A stretch of DNA of 64,000 nt from assembly GCF_041248615.1 (NCBI RefSeq), contig NZ_CP158426.1; one strand, given 5' to 3'. The notes beneath the pieces were generated by a model. It saw only the letters and a program-made list of their open reading frames with translations, did not search any database and had not been told where the DNA came from. This DNA comes from Escherichia coli (GTDB taxonomy: Bacteria; Pseudomonadota; Gammaproteobacteria; Enterobacterales; Enterobacteriaceae). The position numbers and the translations under genes are program-made. This document shows, piece after piece, positions 1-7,495 of this stretch (position 1 is its first letter; each line of letters starts with the position of its first letter).

Positions 1-71
1 TCTGGAGCGTTTCGTTGGAAGGTATTTGCAGTTTTCGCAGATGATGTCGGTGAAACTTCGTCGCTGTCGCC

Positions 72-599
72 TCATGCCGCCCTCCTGACGCCCTGCCCGA
101 TCGCCATCAATGCCGCTTTGGATACGGTAGTAAACATCCGTCGAGGACTGATGAACGGTCGCCAAATCAGCAGCATGGAGCCTTTGCTGTTTCCCTTCTT
201 CTCCAGCCCTGTCGATGGTTCGATAAAATTAATCCGTCCATCAGTGATAATGCGAACTTCGTCGACACTCTCCAGAGCCTTGCTGAACCATCCGACTGAC
301 ATATCCTCTGGCACAAGCATAACTACCGTCTGTCGCTGTTGTATGCACTGCTCAGCGGCTTTTTCCACCCACGGCCTGATATTGCTGTACGGCGGGTTAT
401 TCCAGATTGCACCGTGGCTTACCCACTCAGAATTTAGCGCGTCGTCAGCCTCAGTTAGCCAGTGAGCGCACAGAGCATTTTTGTCGCTCGCTGCCGAATC
501 CAGCCAGAATCCAAACTCAATATCCAGTGCATCAAAAAGCCAAAGCGGCGTTTGCCAGCAGTCCTTGTCGTGTGCTGGCGTATTTGATTTGATAGTCAT
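72..599 (-). CDS. Phage DNA N-6-adenine methyltransferase (Dam-like)
   Basis: ORF track 72..659 trimmed to ATG at 599, which overlaps the ninB stop (ATGA). Protein contains NNPPYS (the N6-adenine MTase NPPY motif). Position after ninB is typical of lambdoid nin regions. Confidence 0.6.
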   Translation of the reverse strand: MTIKSNTPAHDKDCWQTPLWLFDALDIEFGFWLDSAASDKNALCAHWLTEADDALNSEWVSHGAIWNNPPYSNIRPWVEKAAEQCIQQRQTVVMLVPEDMSVGWFSKALESVDEVRIITDGRINFIEPSTGLEKKGNSKGSMLLIWRPFISPRRMFTTVSKAALMAIGQGVRRAA

Positions 600-1036
600 G
601 CAGCCCGATCTCCCCATCGCGCTTTCCATTCGAGAGCTAGTCGCGCTTCGTCTGACCACTTAACGCCACGCTCTGTACCGAATGCCTGTATAAGCTCTAA
701 TAGCTCCGCAAATTCGCTTACACGCATCCTGCTGGTTGACTGGCCTATTACCACAAAGCCATTCCCGGCAAGGTTAGGAACAACGTCCTGCTGCTTTAAT
801 GCTGCTGTAAAAACGCACTTCCAGCTTTCTGCATCCAGCCAGCGACCATGCCATTCAACCTGACGAGAGACGTCACCAAGGCAAGCCCAAAGCTTTCGAT
901 TCTGGTCTAAGCTGCGGTTGCGTTCCTGAATAGTTACTACGATTGGTTTGGTTGGGTCTGGAAGGATTTGCTGTACTGCGTGAATAGCGTTCTGCTGATG
1001 TGCTGGAGATCGAATTTCAAAGGTTAGTTTTTTCAT
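596..1036 (-). CDS. ninB: NinB recombination protein
   Basis: 146 aa from MKKLTFEIRSPAHQQNAIHAV...; matches lambda NinB as remembered. ORF track 596..1054 with the internal MKK start chosen. Confidence 0.85.
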   Translation of the reverse strand: MKKLTFEIRSPAHQQNAIHAVQQILPDPTKPIVVTIQERNRSLDQNRKLWACLGDVSRQVEWHGRWLDAESWKCVFTAALKQQDVVPNLAGNGFVVIGQSTSRMRVSEFAELLELIQAFGTERGVKWSDEARLALEWKARWGDRAA

Positions 1037-1116
1037 GACTTCCCTCTCCCCCAAATAAAAAGGCCTGCGATTACCAGCAGGCCTGTTATTAGCTCAGTGA
1101 TGTAGATGGTCATCTT

Positions 1117-1389
1117 TTAACTCCATATACCGCCAATACCCGTTTCATCGCGGCACTCCTTAAAAATTAGGTTCGTGCTCATCTTTCCTTCCCGTTCTTC
1201 CTTGGTAGCAAACCGGTAATACACCGTTCGCCAGACCTTACCTTCGATAACCAGAAGACCTGCCCGTGCCATTTTAGCCGCGGCCTGATTTATGCTGGTT
1301 ACTGTTGCGCCTGTTAGCGCGGCAACGTCCGGCGCACAGAAGCTATTATGCGTCCCCAGGTAATGAATAATTGCCTCTTTGCCCGTCAT
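1117..1389 (-). CDS. ren: Ren-like protein with divergent C-terminus
   Basis: 90 aa MTGKEAIIHYLGTHNSFCAPDVAALTGATVTSINQAAAKMARAG... matches lambda Ren over most of its length, then diverges at the C-terminus. Start overlaps the P stop (ATGA). Confidence 0.7.
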   Translation of the reverse strand: MTGKEAIIHYLGTHNSFCAPDVAALTGATVTSINQAAAKMARAGLLVIEGKVWRTVYYRFATKEEREGKMSTNLIFKECRDETGIGGIWS

Positions 1390-2087
1390 ACACTTGCTCC
1401 TTTCAGTCCGAACTTAGCTTTGAGTTCTGCGATCTTCGCCAGAGCCTGTGCACGATTTAGAGGTCTACCGCCCATAACAGGAAGTTGTTTTACTGGTTCA
1501 GGTATCGTCTCACCACGGTTAATTCGCGCTGTCATACAGGTCAGTTCATCGGCAGCCTTGCGCCGTAATTCCGCGTCAGTCAGCGCATTGGCCCGCATGT
1601 TCTGGTACAAGTTGGTAACCAACCAGTAATGCGCGTTCGATTTCCACGGATAAGACTCTGCATCCGGATACAGGCCACGCTTCCGGCAATACTCGTAAAC
1701 CATATCAACCAGCTCGCTGACGTTTGGCAGCCCGGCGTTAACGGATGCTTCTTCCCGGCACCAGGCGACAAACTGCCCGGGTGATGGCAGGAATGGTCGA
1801 TTCTGCCGACGGGCTACGCGCATTCCTGCGTTAACCTGTTCCATTGTGGTGATCCCGTTTTCCCGGAAAGCCAGAACCCACTGGCGGCGGATTTCGTTCA
1901 GTTCATTCTGGTCACGGTTAGCCAGGCTCGCCGGGAAAGTTGCCAGTAACTGGCTGAACACACCGTTGATGATCTGCGCTACCTGCTGTACCTGCGGCTT
2001 TTCGTCGTACTGTTCCGGCATGTTGTTGGCGATCCGACGCATCTGCTCACGGTCAAAGTTAACCATCTGTGCGGCGATGTTTTTCAT
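1386..2087 (-). CDS. P: Replication protein P (DnaB helicase loader)
   Basis: 233 aa MKNIAAQMVNFDREQMRRIANN...; near-identical to lambda P from memory. Start overlaps the O stop. Confidence 0.9.
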   Translation of the reverse strand: MKNIAAQMVNFDREQMRRIANNMPEQYDEKPQVQQVAQIINGVFSQLLATFPASLANRDQNELNEIRRQWVLAFRENGITTMEQVNAGMRVARRQNRPFLPSPGQFVAWCREEASVNAGLPNVSELVDMVYEYCRKRGLYPDAESYPWKSNAHYWLVTNLYQNMRANALTDAELRRKAADELTCMTARINRGETIPEPVKQLPVMGGRPLNRAQALAKIAELKAKFGLKGASV

Positions 2088-2983
2088 AAATCCACCCCGT
2101 AAATCCAGTCAGTGTTTGTCAGGTCGAGTTTTGGTTTGCTGGCTATCATGCCTGCCTGTTGCTTGTTACGGTTGATTTCGAGCTGGGTCCACTTGTCGCG
2201 GAGTTTGGCCGGACTCAGCACGTTACCGGACCAGAAGTTGTCCTGGCATGCCCAGCGGAACAGTACACACATATCGCGGTGGTTACGTCCGTCACGTTCA
2301 CGCATCAGGCGGATATCGTTAGCCCACCCTGCAAAATTCGGTTTTCTGGCTGATGGCGCGATGGTCTTCACCATGTCAAACATCCACTCTGCGGCGGTCA
2401 GGTCTTCTGCTGTCCCCCACTTGCTGCCGCTCTGAATTGCAGCATCCGGTTTCACCACAGGAAGATCGTTTTCTGGCTGGTCAGAGGATTCGCCAGAATT
2501 CTCGGACGAATAATCTTTTCTTTTTTCTTTTGTAATAGTGTCTTTTGTGTCCCTCTGTTTTGAGGGATAGCAATCCCCCAATTTGAGGGATGTTTTATCC
2601 CTCGTTTTAGGGGATTTTCCCTCGTTTTGAGGGATACACCATTCTGAGATGTTTTTATTTGGTCCAAACATGCCGCCTTGCTGCTTGATAATATTCATTC
2701 TGACGAGTTCTAACTTGGCTTCATTGCACCGTTTGACAGGTAACTTTGTAATCTCGCTAAGTTGAGAATCGGTGATTCTGTCCATTGGTTTATTCCACCC
2801 ATAGGTTTTACGCAGAATGGCAAGCAGCACTTTAAACTGTCGCTTGGTCAGATCTGCGCCTGAATAAGCCTCAAGCAGCATATTTGATAGTCTGGCGTAA
2901 CCATCATCGAGATCTGCCACATTACGCTCCTGTCCGGCAAAGTTACCTCTGCCGAAGTTGAGTATTTTTGCTGTATTTGTCAT
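2084..2983 (-). CDS. O: Replication initiator protein O
   Basis: ORF track 2084..3028 trimmed to MTNTAKILNFGR... (299 aa), the lambda O start. The gene contains the ori iterons. Confidence 0.9.
   Translation of the reverse strand: MTNTAKILNFGRGNFAGQERNVADLDDGYARLSNMLLEAYSGADLTKRQFKVLLAILRKTYGWNKPMDRITDSQLSEITKLPVKRCNEAKLELVRMNIIKQQGGMFGPNKNISEWCIPQNEGKSPKTRDKTSLKLGDCYPSKQRDTKDTITKEKRKDYSSENSGESSDQPENDLPVVKPDAAIQSGSKWGTAEDLTAAEWMFDMVKTIAPSARKPNFAGWANDIRLMRERDGRNHRDMCVLFRWACQDNFWSGNVLSPAKLRDKWTQLEINRNKQQAGMIASKPKLDLTNTDWIYGVDL
2551..2636. repeat. ori-lambda-type iterons (four ~19 bp O-binding repeats) inside the O gene
   Basis: Four direct repeats of the form (a)tccctc-N6-gaggga(t) at about 2551-2569, 2573-2592, 2597-2616 and 2618-2636, with an AT-rich tract next to them at 2500-2550. 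Confidence 0.75.
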
Positions 2984-2984
2984 A

Positions 2985-3060
2985 ATGACTCCTGTGGATT
3001 GATCCAGTCTTTCTACATCAGGCCTCAAAACTGTTGCAGCAGTCTTGAGGCTTTTCTTTT
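2985..3060 (+). ncRNA. Candidate oop-like antisense RNA ending in an intrinsic terminator
   Basis: On the + strand a 7 bp stem gcctcaa/ttgaggc (3022-3028 / 3045-3051) is followed by ttttctttt. It overlaps the last codons of the cII-like gene on the opposite strand, as lambda oop does. The 5' end is not determinable from sequence. Confidence 0.35.
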
Positions 3061-3296
3061 GTCAGCACCATGGCTACTTTCTTTGCTAGCTTTGCTAATT
3101 CCTCGTCTTCAACACCCCACTCCAGCACAGCCAGAAGCATGGCCATCTTTGGGATAAAGCTGTCTTTCCATCGCGAAATTTGCGATTCATTAATCCCTAA
3201 TGCATCAGCAACCTTTCGCTGACCACGTACAGCAATTCGATTCAGGATGTTGCTTGTGATTGCATTCGCTTTCTTGCGAGTACTTGTAAGTTGCAT
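3018..3296 (-). CDS. CII-like lysogeny activator (P22 C1-type)
   Basis: ORF track 3018..3383 trimmed to ATG at 3296 (MQLTSTRKKANAITSNILNRIAVRGQRKVADALGINESQISRW...). HTH protein similar to CII/C1 family as remembered. Sits between cro and O. Confidence 0.7.
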   Translation of the reverse strand: MQLTSTRKKANAITSNILNRIAVRGQRKVADALGINESQISRWKDSFIPKMAMLLAVLEWGVEDEELAKLAKKVAMVLTKEKPQDCCNSFEA

Positions 3297-3353
3297 ATGT
3301 AAGTATTTCCTTAACAAATAAGAAGTTATACGCACCAACTGATGCGCGTTGTA

Positions 3354-3398
3354 TTCCCGCATTTCGGCGGGAATAAGGACCATGACTGTTAAAGAGCA
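3354..3398 (-). promoter_or_regulatory. nutR (boxA-like and boxB hairpin) on the rightward transcript
   Basis: Reverse complement contains tgctctttaac (boxA-like) and the hairpin cccgccgaaatgcggg, the same boxB sequence as nutL. Located between cro and the cII-like gene, as in lambda. Confidence 0.5.
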
Positions 3399-3404
3399 AT
3401 TTGC

Positions 3405-3590
3405 TTATGCCGCTTTGCGATAAGCACTTTCTTGATACTTCAGGGCGCCAGCTGTAACGACTTCCAGTCGATAGGCGTCTTTCTCTGGGATGACTTCCTT
3501 CCACTGAGAAACTGCTGCATCGCTAATGCCTAACGCTTTAGCTACCGCACGCTGGGTTCCGAAGTGGTCGATAACATCTTTCTTGTACAT
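3405..3590 (-). CDS. cro: Cro repressor (P22-type)
   Basis: 61 aa MYKKDVIDHFGTQRAVAKALGISDAAVSQWKE...; matches P22 Cro as remembered. Divergent from the repressor gene. Confidence 0.8.
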   Translation of the reverse strand: MYKKDVIDHFGTQRAVAKALGISDAAVSQWKEVIPEKDAYRLEVVTAGALKYQESAYRKAA

Positions 3591-3670
3591 AGACTCGCTC
3601 CGAAATTAAAGAACACTTAAATTATCTATCAAAGGAATCTTAAGTCAAGTTTATTTAAGATGTCTTAACT
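3591..3670. promoter_or_regulatory. OR operator / PR-PRM divergent promoter region
   Basis: 80 bp AT-rich spacer between divergent cro and c2, with repeated atttaag / cttaa(a/g)t half-site-like motifs (atttaagatgtcttaact, aatcttaagtc) resembling P22-type operators. Confidence 0.5.
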
Positions 3671-4321
3671 ATGAATACACAACTGATGGGTGAGCGTATT
3701 CGCGCTCGCAGAAAAGAACTTAAGATTAGGCAGGCTGCCCTTGGCAAGATGGTTGGCGTGTCTAATGTTGCTATTTCCCAATGGGAGCGTTCTGAAACTG
3801 AGCCCAATGGCGAAAACCTATTGGCTTTAGCCAAGGCTTTACAGTGCTCCCCTGATTACTTGTTGAAAGGAGAAGATAGTCTTTCAAACATTGCCTATCA
3901 CAGCAGGCATGATCCAAGAGGTTCGTATCCTCTAATTAGTTGGGTAAGCGCAGGATGTTGGATGGAAGCTGTAGAGCCATATCATAAGCGTGCAATAGAT
4001 AACTGGTACGATACAACCGTAGATTGTTCAGAAGATTCGTTTTGGCTGGACGTAAAGGGTGATTCGATGACGGCTCCAGCCGGTCTTAGCATCCCGGAAG
4101 GGATGATAATACTAGTCGATCCTGAAGTAGAACCTCGTAATGGGAAGCTGGTAGTGGCAAAGCTCGAAGGAGAAAACGAGGCAACTTTCAAGAAGTTAGT
4201 TATTGATGCTGGCAGAAGGTTTCTAAAACCACTTAACCCACAATATCCGATGATTGAGATCAACGGGAACTGCAAAATCATCGGTGTAGTTGTCGATGCA
4301 AAAATAGCAAACCTTCCATAA
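3671..4321 (+). CDS. c2: Prophage repressor (P22 C2-like)
   Basis: 216 aa MNTQLMGERIRARRKELKIRQAALGKMVGVSNVAISQWE... with an N-terminal HTH and a C-terminal LexA-like self-cleavage domain; matches P22 C2 from memory. Confidence 0.9.
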   Translation: MNTQLMGERIRARRKELKIRQAALGKMVGVSNVAISQWERSETEPNGENLLALAKALQCSPDYLLKGEDSLSNIAYHSRHDPRGSYPLISWVSAGCWMEAVEPYHKRAIDNWYDTTVDCSEDSFWLDVKGDSMTAPAGLSIPEGMIILVDPEVEPRNGKLVVAKLEGENEATFKKLVIDAGRRFLKPLNPQYPMIEINGNCKIIGVVVDAKIANLP

Positions 4322-4343
4322 GGGGCATTCGCCCCTTTTTTTC
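4322..4343 (+). terminator. Intrinsic terminator after c2
   Basis: Hairpin ggggcattcgcccc followed by an 8-T tract immediately after the c2 stop. Confidence 0.5.
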
Positions 4344-4440
4344 TTTCCTTTAAAAATCAAAGCAAAACTTAAACTTCGCAATAAAATTTAAGTTTTCTTC
4401 AAAAACACTCTTGACCAATAATTAAAGAAATCTTAAATTT
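4344..4440. promoter_or_regulatory. OL / PL operator-promoter region (candidate)
   Basis: AT-rich region with aatttaagttttctt and aaatcttaaatttaag motifs similar to those in the OR region, upstream of nutL and N. Confidence 0.4.
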
Positions 4441-4485
4441 AAGTCATCAGCAGGACGCTGGTAGCCAAACGGAACAGATTGGCAG

Positions 4486-4526
4486 GCTCTTTAACATTGA
4501 TGGGATTGTCCCGCCGAAATGCGGGA
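4486..4526 (+). promoter_or_regulatory. nutL (boxA gctctttaac plus boxB hairpin)
   Basis: gctctttaac at 4486-4495 and hairpin tcccgc-cgaaat-gcggga at 4509-4526, upstream of N. The boxB is identical to the nutR copy. Confidence 0.5.
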
Positions 4527-4633
4527 ACCAAAGAGTAGTTGGCTTTGGGGTGACGTGAAGTGCAGCTGCACGACGGCAACCGGAAGATAAGCACCCGGCG
4601 CGTCACCGCCAAAGTCAATCATCGGAGGTCAAC

Positions 4634-4933
4634 ATGGCAGTAGTCATTACATATCTGGCTGACGATAACGCCAGAAATCGCCGCAGAGCACGCAGACAGG
4701 CTCAACGTGAACAGGCAATGCAAGAACAGCGACTGGCGCGAAAGATTGCGCTAAAGCTCTCTGGTTGCGTCAGAGCAGATAAAGCAGCATCACTCGGAAG
4801 CCTTCGCTGCAAGAAGGCAGAAGAGGTCGAGAGTAAACGGAATCGTATTTACTACCGCAAGCCACGCAGTGAAATGGGTGTGACTTGTGTTGGTCGCCAG
4901 AAAATGAAATTAGGCAGTAAGCCACTTATTTGA
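4634..4933 (+). CDS. N: N-type transcription antiterminator (phage-21-like)
   Basis: 99 aa with an arginine-rich N-terminal motif (NARNRRRARRQAQREQ) and C-terminus GRQKMKLGSKPLI resembling lambda/phage 21 N. Located downstream of nutL. Confidence 0.75.
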   Translation: MAVVITYLADDNARNRRRARRQAQREQAMQEQRLARKIALKLSGCVRADKAASLGSLRCKKAEEVESKRNRIYYRKPRSEMGVTCVGRQKMKLGSKPLI

Positions 4934-4944
4934 GAGGAATTAAT

Positions 4945-5568
4945 ATGTCATCAATCCGCTTAACTACGAGAATGAAAGAGGAAATCGCTCGTAACGCTTT
5001 AATTAAGTCTGGGGTTTTCACTGAACTTGAAGAAGTAACAAAGTTAAAGAACCAGCTTGCACTTGACGCCAGAGTTATTGCGTTTGGCGGTAAAAAGAAA
5101 ACTGAGGAAGTGGATCAGTTATCATCCAAGTTGGTAGCTATAAGTGAAGAACTTGAAAAGATGGGATGTTCATTTTACTCATACGATGTTCGTTCTACTT
5201 CAATTTATCTGACTGTATCTGGCAGAAGGGTTGGATGGCTTTCATATGGGAAAGACGGCAACGGCGAAGATATATTGCTCCCTGCTCCGAACAAAGATAA
5301 ATGCATGTTTAGCGCAGAACACGAAATAACAAAAAGGTTTGATGAAATCTGCGCATTGCAACAAAAACTTGAAGCCAAGAAAAAGGATATCGAATCAAAT
5401 GTATGGGCTGCTTTGAACTCAGTCACAACAGTTAAGCGACTTATTGAAGTTTGGCCTGAAAGCAAAGAGTTGCTACCAAAAGAAGCAGATAAAGCAAGTA
5501 CAGCACTTCCTGCTTTACGGGTAGAAGATTTGAATAAGATGATTGGACTTCCTTCCGAGGCCGCATAG
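4945..5568 (+). CDS. Hypothetical protein (207 aa), no family recognised
   Basis: ORF track 4930..5568 trimmed to ATG 4945 preceded by gaggaa. Occupies the ral/sieB position between N and cIII. Confidence 0.5.
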   Translation: MSSIRLTTRMKEEIARNALIKSGVFTELEEVTKLKNQLALDARVIAFGGKKKTEEVDQLSSKLVAISEELEKMGCSFYSYDVRSTSIYLTVSGRRVGWLSYGKDGNGEDILLPAPNKDKCMFSAEHEITKRFDEICALQQKLEAKKKDIESNVWAALNSVTTVKRLIEVWPESKELLPKEADKASTALPALRVEDLNKMIGLPSEAA

Positions 5569-5605
5569 TCGGCCTTTATTTTTGGCATAAACAACAGAGG
5601 TGAAT

Positions 5606-5740
5606 ATGAACGCAGTTGAATTTGCAAAATGGATGGCAGAGCAAGATATCACAGGAGCCGACGAAAAGGCTGTGTACTACATGGCTCTGCTATGGATTCA
5701 CAAAGCAAAAGAGGCTGCAAATGCTCTTGGAGGTGAGTGA
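5606..5740 (+). CDS. Hypothetical small protein (44 aa)
   Basis: ATG at 5606 preceded by agagg; the stop overlaps the next start (TGATG). Not in the ORF track because it is under 60 aa. Confidence 0.3.
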   Translation: MNAVEFAKWMAEQDITGADEKAVYYMALLWIHKAKEAANALGGE

Positions 5741-5925
5741 TGTGCGAGTTTTATGAAGCAGATATCAAACGCCCAGAAATGGCAAGTGATGCGACATTAC
5801 GTGATTACTTCGCAGCAAAGTTCATGCAGGGAGTTTGTGCAAATCCAGACAGGCTTTATGACAACGAACCACTTGCTAAAGAAGCTTATGCGATGGCAGA
5901 CGCAATGCTCAAAGCTCGCGAATAA
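5740..5925 (+). CDS. Hypothetical small protein (61 aa)
   Basis: ORF track 5737..5925, with ATG at 5740 translationally coupled to the upstream small ORF. Confidence 0.4.
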   Translation: MCEFYEADIKRPEMASDATLRDYFAAKFMQGVCANPDRLYDNEPLAKEAYAMADAMLKARE

Positions 5926-6059
5926 GCACTGTGTATTCATTCCAACGAGTGAATACACGGAGCAATGTCGCTCGTAACTAAACAGGAGCCGACTTGTTCT
6001 GATTATTTGAAATCTTCTTTGCCCTCCGATGTGAGGGCAATTTTTTTGATGGAGGATAT

Positions 6060-7025
6060 ATGAGTGAAGTAACAGATTTAGTTGTTATTGAAAAAGCAAA
6101 TGCAATGACTGTATTTCAGTCTGCCGACCAGATTGAAGAAATCCTTCAAAAGGTTGAACGTGAAGTTATGTCCTTTGTGCCTGATATCACAACGGCAAAG
6201 GGCAGAAAGGAGATCGCTTCTCTGGCGTATAAAGTTGCGCAGACGAAAACATATCTCGATGGTCTTGGCAAAGACCTTGTTGCTGAACTGAAGGAAATTC
6301 CAAAGCTAATTGATGCCAACCGCAAGACAGTGCGTGATCGCCTTGATGAGCTGAAAGCCAAGGCACGCCAGCCTCTTACTGATTATGAGGAAGAACAGGC
6401 GCGGATTAAAGCCGAAGAGGAAGCTAAGGCAGCAGCTGAAGCCCTCGCAAAGCAAATTGAGTCTGACCATGAAATAGCGATTTTGATGGATCGCGAATTT
6501 GACCGCAAAAGAGAAGAGGCAAGACTCAAAGTGGAGCAGGAAAAGCGAGAGCATGAAGAACTCTTAAAAAGAGAAGCTGAAGAGAAAGCCAGAGCAGAAG
6601 CCGAAGCAAAGGCAAAAGCCGAAATTGAAGCAGCAGCAAGGCGAGAAGCAGAAGCTAAGGCAGCAGCGGAACGTGCAGAGCGTGAACGCATTGAAGCCGA
6701 GCAACGAGCACAGCGCGAAGCAAAAGAGGCAGCAGAACGAGCTGAAAGAGAAAAGCAGGCAGCAATTGAAGCAGAACGCCGAAAAGCACAGGAGGAGGCT
6801 GAACGAATCCGTCGCGATGCTGAAGCAAAAGAGCAAGCCAGAATAGCAGAAGAAAAAAGAATCAAGGAAGAAGAGCGTAGAGCAAAGGATAAAGCTCACC
6901 GGAAAGAAGTAAATAACAAAATACTTGCTGACCTTATCAAGGTTGGCGCATCAGAAGATGTTGCTAAAAATATCATAACAGCCATCGTAAAAGGCGAAGT
7001 ATTCGCAACAAAAATAACCTACTAA
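6060..7025 (+). CDS. Coiled-coil protein (321 aa) with a long Ala/Glu/Lys/Arg-rich low-complexity core
   Basis: ORF track. N-terminal approx 100 aa are of ordinary composition, followed by an approx 170 aa AEAKA/EAERR-type repeat and a short C-terminal domain. Antisense ORFs in the track here are repeat artefacts. Confidence 0.55.
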   Translation: MSEVTDLVVIEKANAMTVFQSADQIEEILQKVEREVMSFVPDITTAKGRKEIASLAYKVAQTKTYLDGLGKDLVAELKEIPKLIDANRKTVRDRLDELKAKARQPLTDYEEEQARIKAEEEAKAAAEALAKQIESDHEIAILMDREFDRKREEARLKVEQEKREHEELLKREAEEKARAEAEAKAKAEIEAAARREAEAKAAAERAERERIEAEQRAQREAKEAAERAEREKQAAIEAERRKAQEEAERIRRDAEAKEQARIAEEKRIKEEERRAKDKAHRKEVNNKILADLIKVGASEDVAKNIITAIVKGEVFATKITY

Positions 7026-7049
7026 TAAAACCAACATAAGGAACCACCC

Positions 7050-7196
7050 ATGATTTACGCAATCGCGGGAGGCGCTCGCATGGGTGCCTTCCAACTAAAT
7101 GAATCTTTACTTGAACGAATCACCCGTAAATTACGTGACGGATGGAAACGCCTTATCGACATACTTAATCAGCCAGGAGTCCCCAAAAATGGATAA
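7050..7196 (+). CDS. cIII: CIII-like FtsH inhibitor
   Basis: 48 aa MIYAIAGGARMGAFQLNESLLERITRKLRDGWKRLIDILNQPGVPKNG; the central ESLLERITRKLRDGWKRLIDILNQPGVPKNG matches lambda CIII as remembered. RBS aaggaacc. Not in the ORF track. Confidence 0.7.
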   Translation: MIYAIAGGARMGAFQLNESLLERITRKLRDGWKRLIDILNQPGVPKNG

Positions 7197-7302
7197 AACA
7201 CTTATGGCTATCCAGACTAAATTCACTATCGCCGCTTTTATTGGCGATGAAAAGATGTTTCGTGAGGCCGTCGAAGCCTACAGAAAATGGAGGTCAAAAT
7301 GA
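7189..7302 (+). CDS. kil: Kil-like host-killing / division inhibitor protein
   Basis: 37 aa MDKTLMAIQTKFTIAAFIGDEKMFREAVEAYRKW..., resembling lambda Kil from memory. Overlaps the cIII end. The longer track ORF 7099..7302 overlaps cIII in another frame. Confidence 0.6.
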   Translation: MDKTLMAIQTKFTIAAFIGDEKMFREAVEAYRKWRSK

Positions 7303-7487
7303 TTCCGGTAGAACTGGCGAAAACTCCAGAGTTAAGTCGATTAAAAAGAGAATATCACATTGCTGAGGCTCGTTACTGGCGTAAAGCGGGAGATAAATCA
7401 AAGAAACAACTTTGCTTATGGCAGGCACAAAGAGAGCGCATGAATGAGCGTGAGTTTCTTTCCTCCCCATCCGAATTACCATTCTGA
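7299..7487 (+). CDS. Hypothetical small protein (62 aa)
   Basis: ATG at 7299 overlaps the kil stop; ORF track 7287..7487. Confidence 0.4.
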   Translation: MIPVELAKTPELSRLKREYHIAEARYWRKAGDKSKKQLCLWQAQRERMNEREFLSSPSELPF

Positions 7488-7495
7488 GGCAAATT

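Noticed and set aside
3205-3504. 99 aa minus-strand ORF spanning the cII start, nutR and part of cro
   Set aside because: It is out of frame with both flanking genes and crosses the nutR hairpin, so it is treated as a chance frame.
6383-6899. Antisense ORFs of 160 and 111 aa (Ser/Ala/Cys/Phe-rich) overlapping the 321 aa coiled-coil gene
   Set aside because: They are artefacts of the GAA/GCA-rich repeat read on the opposite strand, with low-complexity composition and no start context. The sense-strand gene is in the phage early-left transcription direction.
7099-7302. 67 aa version of the kil ORF starting at 7099
   Set aside because: The 5' extension overlaps the well-supported cIII reading frame (7050..7196) in another frame; the shorter kil starting at ATG 7189 fits the lambda arrangement.
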